This document shows positions 1 to 11,785 of a stretch of DNA of 64,000 nucleotides, one piece after another. The translations under genes and the position numbers were made by a program. How positions within the stretch are numbered: the first letter of the stretch is position 1; each line of letters opens with the position of its first letter. The DNA is from Vicugna vicugna (Eukaryota), in the NCBI GenBank assembly GCA_013265495.1, contig MU058844.1:13910184-13974183 (forward strand). The letters run 5' to 3'. The notes under the pieces were generated by a model. The model worked only from the letters and a program-made list of their open reading frames with translations, was not told the DNA's origin and ran no database searches.

Positions 1-1386
1 AAGTTGAGTTTCTCTGTGGATTTCCTTTTTCGCGCACTCTGCGCTGGGCTCTATTCCCTCCCAGAACTGAATTTTGGATGATGTACTTCTTGAAATTAGC
101 TGAATCCTTGCTCCTCTCTATTGCCGTAGTTAACCTAGAGTTGATTGTAAATTGACCTTCAGTTTGCCAAAGCTGATAGTCAATGGTGTCATCTCTAGTC
201 TATTACGTCTGGTACAGATGAAATATTTTGTAGATCACACAATTTGATTAGCTTTTTTTGTCCCCCAGGAAAAGTTAAGATCTATGCGTTCCCTGTAACT
301 TAGATAGGTTTAATCTTTTCTTGTAGAAAAATGACTTACGACAATCCCATGTGAATAATTTTGCATAAATTTAGAAATAACACCAATTAAGCAAAGCAAA
401 CAAGCCAGCAAACAAACGAGGCAAATGACATTTTCATAGGTTCCCTCCTTAGCTTCTAGAGGTCATTATGGGATAAATGGAAAAGAAAGTGGCTTGGAAC
501 TGAATTGCTTTTTGAAAGATTTTATTCACAGGCCTGCTGTTTATTTAGTAGATTGCTTTGCAACTTCTGTCAGTATGCATCTGAGAACTGTTACGCTGGG
601 AATGTCGTTACGAAAGATGGAGTTTAGGTGATGCTGCTGCTCTCGTGAGACCGCTCTCAGAGGACCTGTGCAGAGCCCTTATGAAGGGCATAGAAAAGGA
701 GGACACGCTCTCAGCCTGGATAAACACTGTTACAAGCTAGTATCCAGGCTGATAGGATGTGAAAGTCTTTGGCAAGCATGTAGAAATAAATAGCTGTTTC
801 AAGGACATCTGGAGAAGTTGATCTTGTTCCATTGTTCTGCTCAAAGATACTGTGTCACTTCAAAACAGGGAAACTGGACACAAAATTTGTGAGCTTTGGT
901 GTTACTTTGATTACGATTTTGGGGGGAAATTACTTTCAGGAAATAGCAAAAGCATATGTCTGAAAGAGGGGCAAAGACAAATACTTACTTAGAAGCTTTT
1001 CCTTCAGTGGGCTTCATTTTCAAAGATGCTTATTCACAGTAGCTAGATAGCATGTCAAAAACCGAAAGATAAGAATTCATGTGCTACTTCATTATCACAC
1101 TTAATTTGGATTCATGTTAATTTCGTAGAAGTCAACGTCCTCTTAGATAAAATCTAAAATGAAATGAAAATTTCCCAAACAACATTTCTCTCCTTTTCAA
1201 TACATTTCCATTTTGCTCCATGTAAATTTTTGTAACGAGTGATGAAAATTCTTTTCCTTACCATGATGTGATTATTGTTTTTTTGTATATCGAGTGACTG
1301 CACTATGGACATTCGGCGTAAACTCTTTGTCCTGTCTCATTTCCTCATCCATCACTGTCTGTCAATGGGCCTGGTGCTGTGACCAG

Positions 1387-1551
1387 TGTTATCAGGTGAC
1401 GACAGTACAGGAAGTGAGCCGCCATTATCACCCCCAGAAAGGCTCCCCATCAGACGCTCTAGTACCAGAGACAAAAACAGAAGAGGGGAAACATGTTTCC
1501 TACTGACGACAGGTGATTACACGTGTGCTTCTGATGGAGGGATCAGGAAAG
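1387..1551 (+). CDS. KCNC2: KCNC2 (Kv3.2) internal coding exon, 165 nt, phase 1-1, cytoplasmic C-terminus
   Basis: CAG acceptor at 1384-1386 and AAG|GTAGGC donor at 1551/1552. Translates (V)[54 protein letters not shown], which I recognise as the shared Kv3.2 C-terminal segment before the isoform divergence point. Confidence 0.97.
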
Positions 1552-2194
1552 GTAGGCGTGCATTTAATCAGATCCTAACAGATGACTTAACAGTTAAGTG
1601 CTGCAAATCTATGCAGTGATGTAAAGTGCTCTTTTGTCATTTTCTACAAACAACTGCACGTGGTGCTGTCTCCCCCTCATCGCATCTTTCCTCATGAACA
1701 TGTAAAATACATATCATAACAGCCTACTTGACTGTCACATCTGGAAGGCCTTTCACCCTTCTTTCTTATTTTATTTTTCATGTGTCTATAGACAGAATTC
1801 AAATGGAGTATTTAGAAGCTGCCACTAATCTATTTTAATATATATGTACTCAGCCATCTTTGGAAATTATCCTTTTTCCTACAATGCATTAAACTCATTA
1901 ATTGGCTCTCTGCATATAATTGATAAGTAATTGATAATTATAAAACAATAGTGAGGCTTCCCCCCTCCCCCAAGTAAAGCATTAAGCATACTGTCAGTCT
2001 CTTATCCAGTATTTGGGCAATTTTTCCCAGTGGTTTGTCTGACTGTCAGAAGGTTGCAGGGGTACAAGATCCTCAGCCAGGCAGAACAGTATATCCCGTC
2101 ACGGCTACTTACGTATTTGCAAAATGTACTTAGAGAATTTCTCTTCAGAGCAATAATAATTTTAAGTCTATTACTATTTTTTAACTGACACTGA

Positions 2195-2246
2195 ACGGTC
2201 TCTGGCACACAGAAGACACTCAATACATATTTGTTGAGTGAATAAA
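2195..2246 (+). mobile_element. L2 3' end fragment
   Basis: CTGGCACACAGAAGACACTCAATACATATTTGTTGAGTGAATAAA resembles the L2 3' terminus. Confidence 0.7.
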
Positions 2247-3139
2247 CTGTACTGGGCAGCCACCCTGGATAGGGATTATAGCCGGATACCGACTCCACTC
2301 CATCCCAGGGTTTCGTTTTCCTGGGTTGTGCCACCGTCTATGACTGTTCCTTAGGTGCTATTATTTTGGCTTTGTTTTTGTTTTCATAAACCATACCGAT
2401 CTGACAATTGGACCCTTTCTCTCCTCCTTAAGAAGTCGTTTTGCGACCCTTGTGACCCGCCCTTGTCAGAGTGCTGGTATTTTCTTAGATTACCTCGGTA
2501 ATTCCAGTTGCTTTAGTGCTATGGTTATTTTTCTCTCTTTATTGACAGAATAGGGAAAGAACTAGGTATAATAATTTCCTATGCAGTTGTCTGCATTTGA
2601 ATGAAAAGCCTCTCCAAAACTCTCATGTTAGTGTGTTTTAAAAATATTGTGCTTATTTGCTATTCATTGCAGTTTCTCCCTATTGAATAGTTTACCATTT
2701 TAAGCCTCAAATATTTATTTTGTATTGCCTGCTTTCTTCGAAATAACTCATTATTGCCCATGTTGTGCTTCTCTTTCATTTCTTCTGAGCACTTTATATG
2801 GTTCTTTCTGTTTCCATTCCTGTGGGTCTCAAAAGAGAAGACAAAGGACTCTTCTCTTGTTTCTTTAATATATAATATTTTAAATACTTCTTCATTCCAA
2901 GTCCTTGCGTGCTCTGCATCTGTCTCTTGTACCAAAATGTATTCCAATTATCTGAATAGGTTTATTTGTTTGTTTTCTATTTTACATTTAAATACTCTGT
3001 GTCAACGATTTTTAATTTTATAAAGATAACTAATATCCTCGCATAGTACTTCAGCAAAATATATGTACATATTTTAAATCATAATATCTAACAATATTTT
3101 ATATAGAACATATTTTAAGTGCATTGTAATCCTAACTCA

Positions 3140-3185
3140 CTATATATGTATATACATATACATCCATATGTGTATATATGTATTT
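3140..3185. repeat. Imperfect (TA)n/(TATG) microsatellite
   Basis: TATATATGTATATACATATACATCCATATGTGTATATATGTA. Confidence 0.7.
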
Positions 3186-5242
3186 TTATGTAATATGTGG
3201 TTAAATTTATATATATTTTGCACATCATTCAAAAAAGTATCACATGTAATATTTATACTAAGTTTACAAGTTTAAGAATCTAGCTAGAATTCTTCCATGT
3301 TAGACAGTGTTTTGAATTTTAAACTGTCAAAGGGGGGGGGGTCACATGAAAAAAGACTGCAAATTATAAAGCATTATGTAAATAGAGAGTTTTTCTGTAA
3401 AATGGCAAAGTTTCATGAGCAAAGCAATTAATAAGATATTTAGTTTACATGACAAAATTATGCAATCCTTTTTCAAAAATACAAATTCCCTCTATCAGTC
3501 AGAGCATCTTCGAAAACTCATTTGTGAACTTTTTATTCTTTGTCATTTTTCACCATAATCCATTTTTCTTTTTCATTGTGGCTTAACTTCCACAAATTTG
3601 TGTTTTTTCCCTAAGTCTGGTAATTTTTCTGGCTAATTTCACTTAGTCTCCTCAGTGTCTAATCTTGTCATGTCTATCAGAAATGCATTCATTTCTTCTC
3701 CTATTTCCTTGATGTAGATTACAGATGTCTCTTATTACTCCTAGTCAGATATTTATTTCCTACATGATTTCTTCGTTACCTTTCACACTGGTCTCTATAT
3801 GATCTGATTTTAGAGTTATGAAAATTCTCCTCTACATAGATGAAAAAAAGACTGGATTTATATTGGATTCTTTTTGTATCAACAAATAGAAATGTAGTTG
3901 GGCATACATTAAGAAAACATATGGATTCCCTAAAAAGAGTGAATTCCTGGAGGTGAGAACCTGTGTTTTTATTTATACAGTAGTTTTAGGAAATCATATT
4001 ACATAAACACAAACATACCCACTAATAGTACATACATAGGTAGTTTCAGTATTGTCCCAAGCAAATATGTGCTCTTAAAAACTGTGTAAAATGTACACCA
4101 TGTGTTTAGATGTTAGTTCAAATTAGGTTCAGTTTTGTTACCGTGAATTGTATTTTCAGTCAGTCATTCCATTTAGTGAAAGTTCAATTAGGCAAAATTT
4201 TGTCAAATTTTCTAGTCATAAAAGAACCTGCAGAATAAAGAAAGAATATAATTATATAGCTAACTTATAATTTTACTAATTAAATACTTGTTACTGAATT
4301 ATAAGGAAAGCCTTCTCAATGGTTATTAAAATAAAAGGACCTATAAACAGAATGAATAATATTTATATTAATAACTATAATTCAGAAAAGCAAACATTTA
4401 GAATGGCAACCAAGATTTACATGCAAGTAGCATGATTAATATAAATTGACAAACAGATTTTTACCTTTTGGAGGTCCTGTGGGGAATGTGGCAATTGTAG
4501 GGAACAAGTAAATTTTTATAAGGATGATTTGTAGGTATTAGCAACCTCTTTGGTTCGTGCATATTCACTAGTTTGCTTTTAATCAAAGCCAGTCAAAGCC
4601 AGTGTTTATAGTCTAGTTTACATTTTTAGGTTACACAGTCAGCTTGGATAAATGATTCTTTCTACAATTTCTAAAGTTACATTTCCAGCTGCATTACAGA
4701 AGAGCAGTGGTAGCCAGCCCTTCAGGCATGTGAAAGTCTCTATGTAAGGATAAACGACCTGCAATTCTTTTTTAATTATTTAAGACATTCTCCCATTAAC
4801 TATTCCATCATCCATCAGAGTAGAATGAAATACATACCACCTCCCATTCTTTATTGCTCAAAATACTAACAAAGCATCAGCAGATAATTCTTCCATTTGC
4901 AGAAATTTTGTCCTAGAGAACTTTACTATAGTTGATGGATGGCATAAATTTCCACCTACAAAATCTCAAAGAAGACATCTAATCTGCTGAAAATGTGTGT
5001 ATATAGAGAGGGGGTCCTGTTACCCTACAGTAGGACTATTATTGCAATCTGTATCCTTATCTGTCTCAAATGCTCACAAATCAAATCATCACTAAGTCAC
5101 TTAAACCACTTCTCCCCTTCCAGTGAGGGGAGAAGAGAGAGCATTGGCTTCTTCCCCAGGAGTTCCATAAAAATAGAGAAGTAAAGAAGTAGCTGGGAGG
5201 GACAAGAGGAAACAGAAGACCCATTTTCTTTTTTATATACAG

Positions 5243-5360
5243 TCATCAAGCATGCTGAGGGCTATCAGAGCCCAAGGAGTGTGCAGTAGTCTAAGGAGAC
5301 GAAAATTGTATCTACTTGCTTGATTTTGGCTGCCCTACAGAGACTTTCATCTTGCTGATC
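5243..5360 (+). pseudogene. KCNC2: Degenerate homologue of a rodent Kv3.2 alternative terminal exon (Kv3.2d-type), or possible short terminal exon
   Basis: Good acceptor TTTTCTTTTTTATATACAG ending 5242. The frame from 5268 reads EPKECAVV*GDENCIYLLDFGCPTETFILL, similar to the recalled rat tail EPMES...KGD...NCAHLLNFGCPTGSSFPTL. Stop TAA at 5292-5294, and this frame differs from the one set by the acceptor. Confidence 0.6.
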
Positions 5361-6232
5361 TGCAACACTGTTTCAGTGGGGCTATCAAAACATTTATGTG
5401 CTAAGCTGTGTAATATGACTGCTTTTCCAGTCACTAGTTGCCCTGCTTATAAGACAATTTTATGTCTAACTTTACAATAGGTGCTCCCTACCTCATTTAA
5501 CTGCCTCTAATCTTTTCTAATAAAAAATACCACAATATATGACTCCCTCCAAAGGTGACCTCGATGGGGTGTTGCTTGAGTAGCTAAAGCAATGGGTTCA
5601 GTCTTGTGGGAAGGACCTTTCATTCTGTAAGTCCCTGACTATCATGAACAAAAGGTTAGAACGCAAGATAATAGAAAGGAAAGGTGAATTAAGATCAATT
5701 TGTTCTCAGTTCCTGGCAGGGGAGAGTCAGCTGAAAATATATAATCAAAATCAGACTTTAATTTACTGAAATTATGACTCAATTTATACTCATTGATTTT
5801 CTTTTTTTCTTTTCTTTTCTTTTTTAATCCAAGGGATTAGAAATGGGCATTCATTCTGCATCATCTAGATAATGGCATCAAATGTCATTATTTAGGAATC
5901 ATCCTTTTAATCCCATAAAGCTGGAAGATTATATATGCTAGAAAAAGGGTTGTCCACTTAAGACTGCTTTATTAGCTTAGCAAATAATAAAAAAATGGAA
6001 AGAGAAGAAGTAGCTTTTTTTTAGGAACATATTCTGAAATTTAAAAATATTAGCCAAATTTATATCTTACTTAAATTGCTTTGCCTAATTCTTAAAAGAT
6101 TTCTAATATTGTATATGCTGAAATTACATTAATACAAACTATGATCTGGGAAAGAATAGATTTTGAAGTATTGCAGCAGTAATTTGTGTTAGCTGGTTAA
6201 ATCTTTCGGGAATGACAGCTACAGTGAGCTTC

Positions 6233-6257
6233 TTTTTTTTTTTTTTTTTTTTTTTTT
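6233..6257. repeat. Poly(T) tract ~150 nt upstream of the Kv3.2b acceptor
   Basis: Uninterrupted run of about 25 T. Confidence 0.9.
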
Positions 6258-6371
6258 GGTTTTTAAATCTCCATATGGAACTCTTTGTAAACAAATTCTC
6301 CTTTGAGCTCAAAAATAGCACTTTTGATTACCCTGCATGATATTGTTTGTCTGTGTCTATTTTCTGGTTGA

Positions 6372-6542
<171 letters not shown>

Positions 6543-7272
6543 ACCCAACTGCATCAGTCGGCTAAATTGTCTTAATTCAAGCACTGTTTGCCCCATAATG
6601 GAAATAATTAAACGTAGAGTTACGCCAGGTTCCATTCATACAGTATAAATCCTGCATGATAATACTATCTGAAGTCCGAAATGCCATCCGGATAGCTCAC
6701 GAATCTTATCCTGGCTTTAATGATTATCTAAAATAGCGCTACTACTTCTCCAGAATTAATTGCCCTGTTCTCCTTTTACGATAAAATGATAGCGTCAGAT
6801 ATTGGCCAGTACCCTAGTAAATAAACTTATCTTCAGGGAGATAACTTTAAACCAGTGTGCTTCCAAATGCCAATCACTTCATGGGAACTTCATTTCTTGT
6901 GACTCTTTAAACCATTCGGAAGATGTCTGGGATTCTATTCTGATTGCACACAACATGACTCTGGTCAGCTCATTTGCATGGACCATCTTGTCTCCATCAC
7001 CTGAAAGCAGTGTCGCAGAGCTCGGGACCGTGGATGGCCCGGGATGGGTGTCCTTGCATCGAACCATCCTGCTGATGTGAAAGCACTGATCGACTGTTCT
7101 GCATGTTGGATTGTGGGGCAGGGAGGGCGAGTTTCTCCTTGACAATTTTTTTTCCCTTATTCTTTGAAAGAAATATTTGTTTTAAATAGTTTAACTTCTT
7201 GATTGATATACTTTTTTTTTTTTCCAAAATGCTGTATTGGAGTTCTGAATGTCTCTGGTTGTTTGCACACAG

Positions 7273-7334
7273 ATAACTGCAAAGAGGTTGTCATTACTGG
7301 TTACACGCAAGCCGAGGCCAGATCTCTTACTTAA
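7273..7334 (+). CDS. KCNC2: KCNC2 alternative terminal coding segment, Kv3.2a-type (exon probably 7273-7366)
   Basis: Acceptor GTTTGCACACAG ending 7272. Phase-1 translation (D)NCKEVVITGYTQAEARSLT with TAA at 7332-7334; donor AAG|GTAACT at 7366/7367. Recognised Kv3.2a tail, paralogous to the Kv3.1b DLCKE... tail. Confidence 0.95.
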
Positions 7335-8437
7335 TGGCTTGGGAAGGCACAAAACATGAGAGAAAGGTAACTGCCAGCCAGGCTTGCATTGTTTAGCTAG
7401 GAATTGCTGCTTGTAGGGACTAGACTCTTTTTTTTTTTTTTTAATACCAGGATTTGTCATCATTTTCAGAGGCAGGGTGCCAAATAGCACTCTAAAGCTC
7501 TTGCCTTTTTTTAACCCCCTTCCTTTATTTTTATTTACTATCATTTTTGCAAACAACAAAGAGAATTGTTGTTCACAGGAAGCTTTCTTGACCGGCCTTA
7601 AATTTCTGACTCACAGGATTGATCGGATTTTCAGGCAGTGTTTAATTAGGTGCTTTGTCCTGTATGTCGTTCTGTCCGTCTGTCCTAGCTCCCTGTCTTA
7701 AGTGTATATGCCATCTGTCTCCATGAAGCACAGAAATGCCTTGATAAGGTGTTCATGATTTTAGGACTGGGTCTTCTCCCCTGCCCCTTGCCTTCTTTGC
7801 TACTGGGAACAGCGTCTCTGCTTTGTGTATACACTAACGATGCCCCGTAGACTACCTGAGTTAATCAGTACTGTGAATCGTTTTGATGAGCAGGATTTGA
7901 GCAGCAGCGTCACCATTGCCTTTGGTTGCCTGCTGCAGTGCCAGTTTCTCCTACCTAGCAACCAGAATCTATTACCACACTCCAGTGAAACCCCTAGGGT
8001 GTCTTATTCAGTCCAAGTGGAAGATATTCTGTTTACACATCCCTACAAATGCAACAGCAGTAGTGTGTCTGTTGTATCGGGCATGAGAGGGAAGAAAAAT
8101 GCCACGCCATAAACTGAGAGATAAACAATATTCCTAAGGCATTTAGGATCCTTGAGACTGCTAATTCCTAAATCTCATGGTTATTTTTTTTGTTAGGAAG
8201 ACAATTGTCACTTCTATGATTGGCCACATAACATGTACTGTTTTATATCCCCAAGTCCTAGAGCATGACCTGCATGTCAGAGATCTTGTACAGCAATGTA
8301 TTTACCCAGACATAAACATCTGATATTTAGAGATTCAGTGATCTTTTGATAACACCACACATAGAAAGTTATAATTACACACAGCTTTCTGGTAAAGGAA
8401 TTAATATACTGTCTGGTACTGCTGTTATTGACTGCAG

Positions 8438-8547
8438 TGTTGTACAGAATTTATCATGGATTTTTGACTGCTGAAAAAGGGACAGTGGAATTTAGCCATA
8501 CCAAGGACTGTGCTGGAAACAGACTTCTGCTGCTGAACGTGCCCTGA
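8438..8547 (+). CDS. KCNC2: KCNC2 alternative terminal coding segment (VLYRIYHGFL-type, Kv3.2c-like)
   Basis: Acceptor TTATTGACTGCAG ending 8437. Phase-1 translation (V)LYRIYHGFLTAEKGTVEFSHTKDCAGNRLLLLNVP with TGA at 8545-8547; matches a recalled Kv3.2 isoform tail. Confidence 0.9.
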
Positions 8548-8944
8548 GGTAACCAGGTTGCACTTGGAAGAGATCTCCGCGTCTTCATGAGGCACTTAAA
8601 GCTAATTATTAAAGAACTGTGGCTGGAACTCATTTGGTGCTCGCCATATGAGTGGTCTGCTCATGGACTGGCCAGTGTCCATGAAACAATTGTAAATACC
8701 AACGTGTGTGCATGGGTCAACAGCTTTGGCCATCTCACACCAAAGCAAGCCAAATTCATGATCCACATCTCTGGAGCTTCAAGTAAGGCGCACACCTGTG
8801 TGAATTACCCCTCATGGACCCGCAGTAGATTGTGCTGTGAATCATACAAAGCAGTGATAATTGGTGTCGTATAGATCTGTCTTAATTTCCCTTATCTCTC
8901 CTTCGTTGGTTGGATCCATGAACACTGACCTGTACCATTTTTTA

Positions 8945-8950
8945 AATAAA
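8945..8950 (+). terminator. Candidate proximal polyadenylation signal
   Basis: AATAAA with upstream TGTA and T-run, and downstream GT-rich sequence (TTGTCATATTATGTTGTG). Confidence 0.5.
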
Positions 8951-9504
8951 CTGCTTATACTATGCGCTTGTCATATTATGTTGTGAAATTTTCAGTGCCT
9001 ACTTATTAAAGCTGACCTATTTTTAGTCCCACATTTGTTTAGTTCTGAACAATTGTCATGACTTAAAAATACTCACTAATATTATTCATAGTTTAAGTCC
9101 TTTTGTCATTGTTACCTCAATTATAAATATTACAAAAAATAAAATTCTGGCAGTGAGAGTATTTTTTTATTAAATGATCAAGGAATAATGTCCGTATATA
9201 GTAGACTATTAATCAAATTATATCCTAAAATGTATATTTTGCATAAAAGAAATATTCTTCAATTACTTTTTTGTGGGTTTTGTGGCAAATGAAGCTTGTA
9301 CTTGTCTTTAAAACTGTTGCAGTTGAAACTGTATAAAAATTCCTCATCTTGCTTAATCAATATTTCCAGAATCTATTAATTCCCCTGGGATTCTGAATAT
9401 AATTATATAACCCAGTTATGAACCCCTGTACCGTGGACCTTTTGTGAACATCTTGAGGTGCATGCACAACCTTGGTGATAACCAATGGAAATGTAACTAA
9501 CTGA

Positions 9505-9560
9505 AATAAAGAATAAAAGGCCAATAAGCTGGGGATAAACTCGAATCTGCTCTGATTAAA
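9505..9560 (+). terminator. Candidate distal polyadenylation signal cluster
   Basis: AATAAA at 9505-9510 and 9512-9517, ATTAAA at 9555-9560, followed by a T/GT-rich downstream element. Confidence 0.6.
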
Positions 9561-11082
9561 TTATTCATATTCTTTCCTTGACTCTTCTCTTTGTTTTGGA
9601 GTTTTCAACAGGCTTTACTATTTTTATGCATTAAGATACCAAACCAGACACTCATAAATAATAAAGAATTTGAGATGAAATGATGTGTAAACATACATAG
9701 CTCACATTTTCATTCAAGTCGTAGGTCTGTATTCCTCTTCTAAGTGCTTTGCCTGCCTGAATTTCTCTTCTAATTTCTGAGATGGCAAAATTATTCATTA
9801 TTATGGGATTCAATTTTTATCTGGCATTTTATGAGTAATACTTACACTTTCCAACTTCATCACCACAGCAGTTCTGGAGGTAATTTTTCTTGTTTTATCA
9901 TTGTATTGGTGACGAAGTTAAAGATCACAGAAGCAAAACTGTTCACTTAAATTTTTGTCACAGATAATTTCCCCTGCTATAGTTTCTTACGGTTTAAATA
10001 TTTACTGACCCTCTTGCTGTAAATGGTTTATCTTCTCAAAATGGCTTCTGTCCCACTTTTGGGTAATAGACCTCTGTTTCAGCAGCATACCACATGTATA
10101 GCTGGCACCCCACTTACATTGTAGGGTTGTGTGCAAATTTACCCTGTAAATTCTATGAAACCAACAGGATTAGAGGAAAGAAAATGAAAAGGGAAATAAA
10201 GCTGGCGAATCCAACACTTTCCCATTACGCATCAACAGAATCTTTTTCTAGGTCTGAAAGTGCTCAGTGTTGATTATTAAGAGATTGTTAAGAAACAGAT
10301 TCAGGAAGGGAAATCTGTCTAAATATAATTACTGATAAAATGTTTTTAACAGTGGTGTCAGGTGTAAGAAAGAAAAATGTGTAGGAAGGGGGAAGAATGA
10401 ATTTTAATAGACGATAACTGCCATCAAATTTTGATTAAAAAATGAAGATTAAATAGTCATGAATGAAAAGTGAAGACATTCATTTTATCTTTGAAAGAAA
10501 TCACAAGGCAGACTAATGGAATAGCAATAGTGGACTTAACTAGGAAAGAGACAGTGAATATATTAAAAGGCTATAATACAAAGCAGGGACTTTGAAGGAT
10601 TTATAATGTGCTTGAAGACATTTAGAGCTAAATGAATCTGTTAAAAAATTGAAATCCCTAGCAGTTTATGATGATTAAACTTTCCTTTAAAAATTCAGGA
10701 AAAAATTTTCCTTAAGAAATTTTCCTTACTGAAAAAAAAATTGTCTTCCTTCCTTTGTTTCTCCTGTCAAAACTTAATTGTTTAAATACTTGAACATTAT
10801 TAAACTATAGATTTACACAAACTTTCTGTAATATGGATACAGTATCATTAATATATTGATCTTAAACTTTATAATTTCCTGTTCTCCCCTAAAATAACTG
10901 GTTTTGAGGATATGATATTTTTCATTATTGTCTAAAAATTAAATAATTTAACTAAATTAGTATTATTTATTTATCATACCATCATGTCAAAGTAACAGAC
11001 CACTAAATGTGCAATTTGAATATTACAATATTCAAAGACTATGAATTAATTCTCCATTGAGAATCCCAGGTAACGTAACACA

Positions 11083-11785
11083 ATTTTTTTTAAATGAACT
11101 ATATTTTAAAGCAGTTTGAGATTCATAGCAAAATTAAACAAAAAGTACAGAGTTCCCATTACCCTCTGCCCGGATACATGTACAACATCCCTCACTATCT
11201 GCTTCCAACACCAGCGTTACATTTGTTACAATTGATGAACTTGTGTTGATACCTTGTTATCCAAAATCCAGAGTTTATGTTAGAGTTTATTCTTGGTGTT
11301 GTACATCTGTGGAACTTGATATGTGTATAATGACATGCATCAATTATCATAGTATCATACAGAATAGTTCCACTGCCCTAAAAATCCTCTATGCTCTGCC
11401 TATTTATCTCTCCCTTCGTCTTGGCAACCAGTGATCTTTTTACTATCTCTGTGGTTTTGTCTTTTGCAGAATATCATACAGTTAGAATCATACAATATGT
11501 AATCTTCTCAGATTGGCTTCTTTCGATTAGTGACATGCATTTAAGGTTCCTCCATGCCCTTCCATGGCCTGATAGCTCATTTATTTTTAGTGCTGAGTAA
11601 TATTCCATGGACCAGAGTTCTCCCAGTTACCTCCTAAAGGACATCTGGTTTGCGTCCAAGTTTTGGCAATTATGAATAAAGCTGTTATAGATATTTGCAT
11701 GAGAGTTTTTGTGTGGGCATATGTTTTCAGGTCATTTGGGTAAAGACCAAGGAGCACAATTGCTAGATTTTATGCTGCGTTATAC
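11083..11785 (-). mobile_element. L1 (L1MB-like) 3' end, antisense
   Basis: T-run followed by AGCAGTTTGAGATTCATAGCAAAATT...GTACAGAGTTCCC, TTGGCTTCTTTCGATTAGTGACATGCATTTAAGGTTC and TTTTGGCAATTATGAATAAAGCTG; typical reverse-complement L1M 3' UTR/ORF2 end. Confidence 0.85.

Larger units (their letters stand above)
8548..9580 (+). other. KCNC2: KCNC2 distal 3' UTR (end approximate)
   Basis: No recognisable repeats between the last stop codon and a cluster of poly(A) signals followed by a T/GT-rich tract (~9570-9610). Confidence 0.7.

Noticed and set aside
6802..7559. Several sense and antisense ORFs in the KCNC2 3' region
   Set aside because: Non-ATG starts, and some run through poly(T) tracts giving poly-K; better explained by locally higher GC content.
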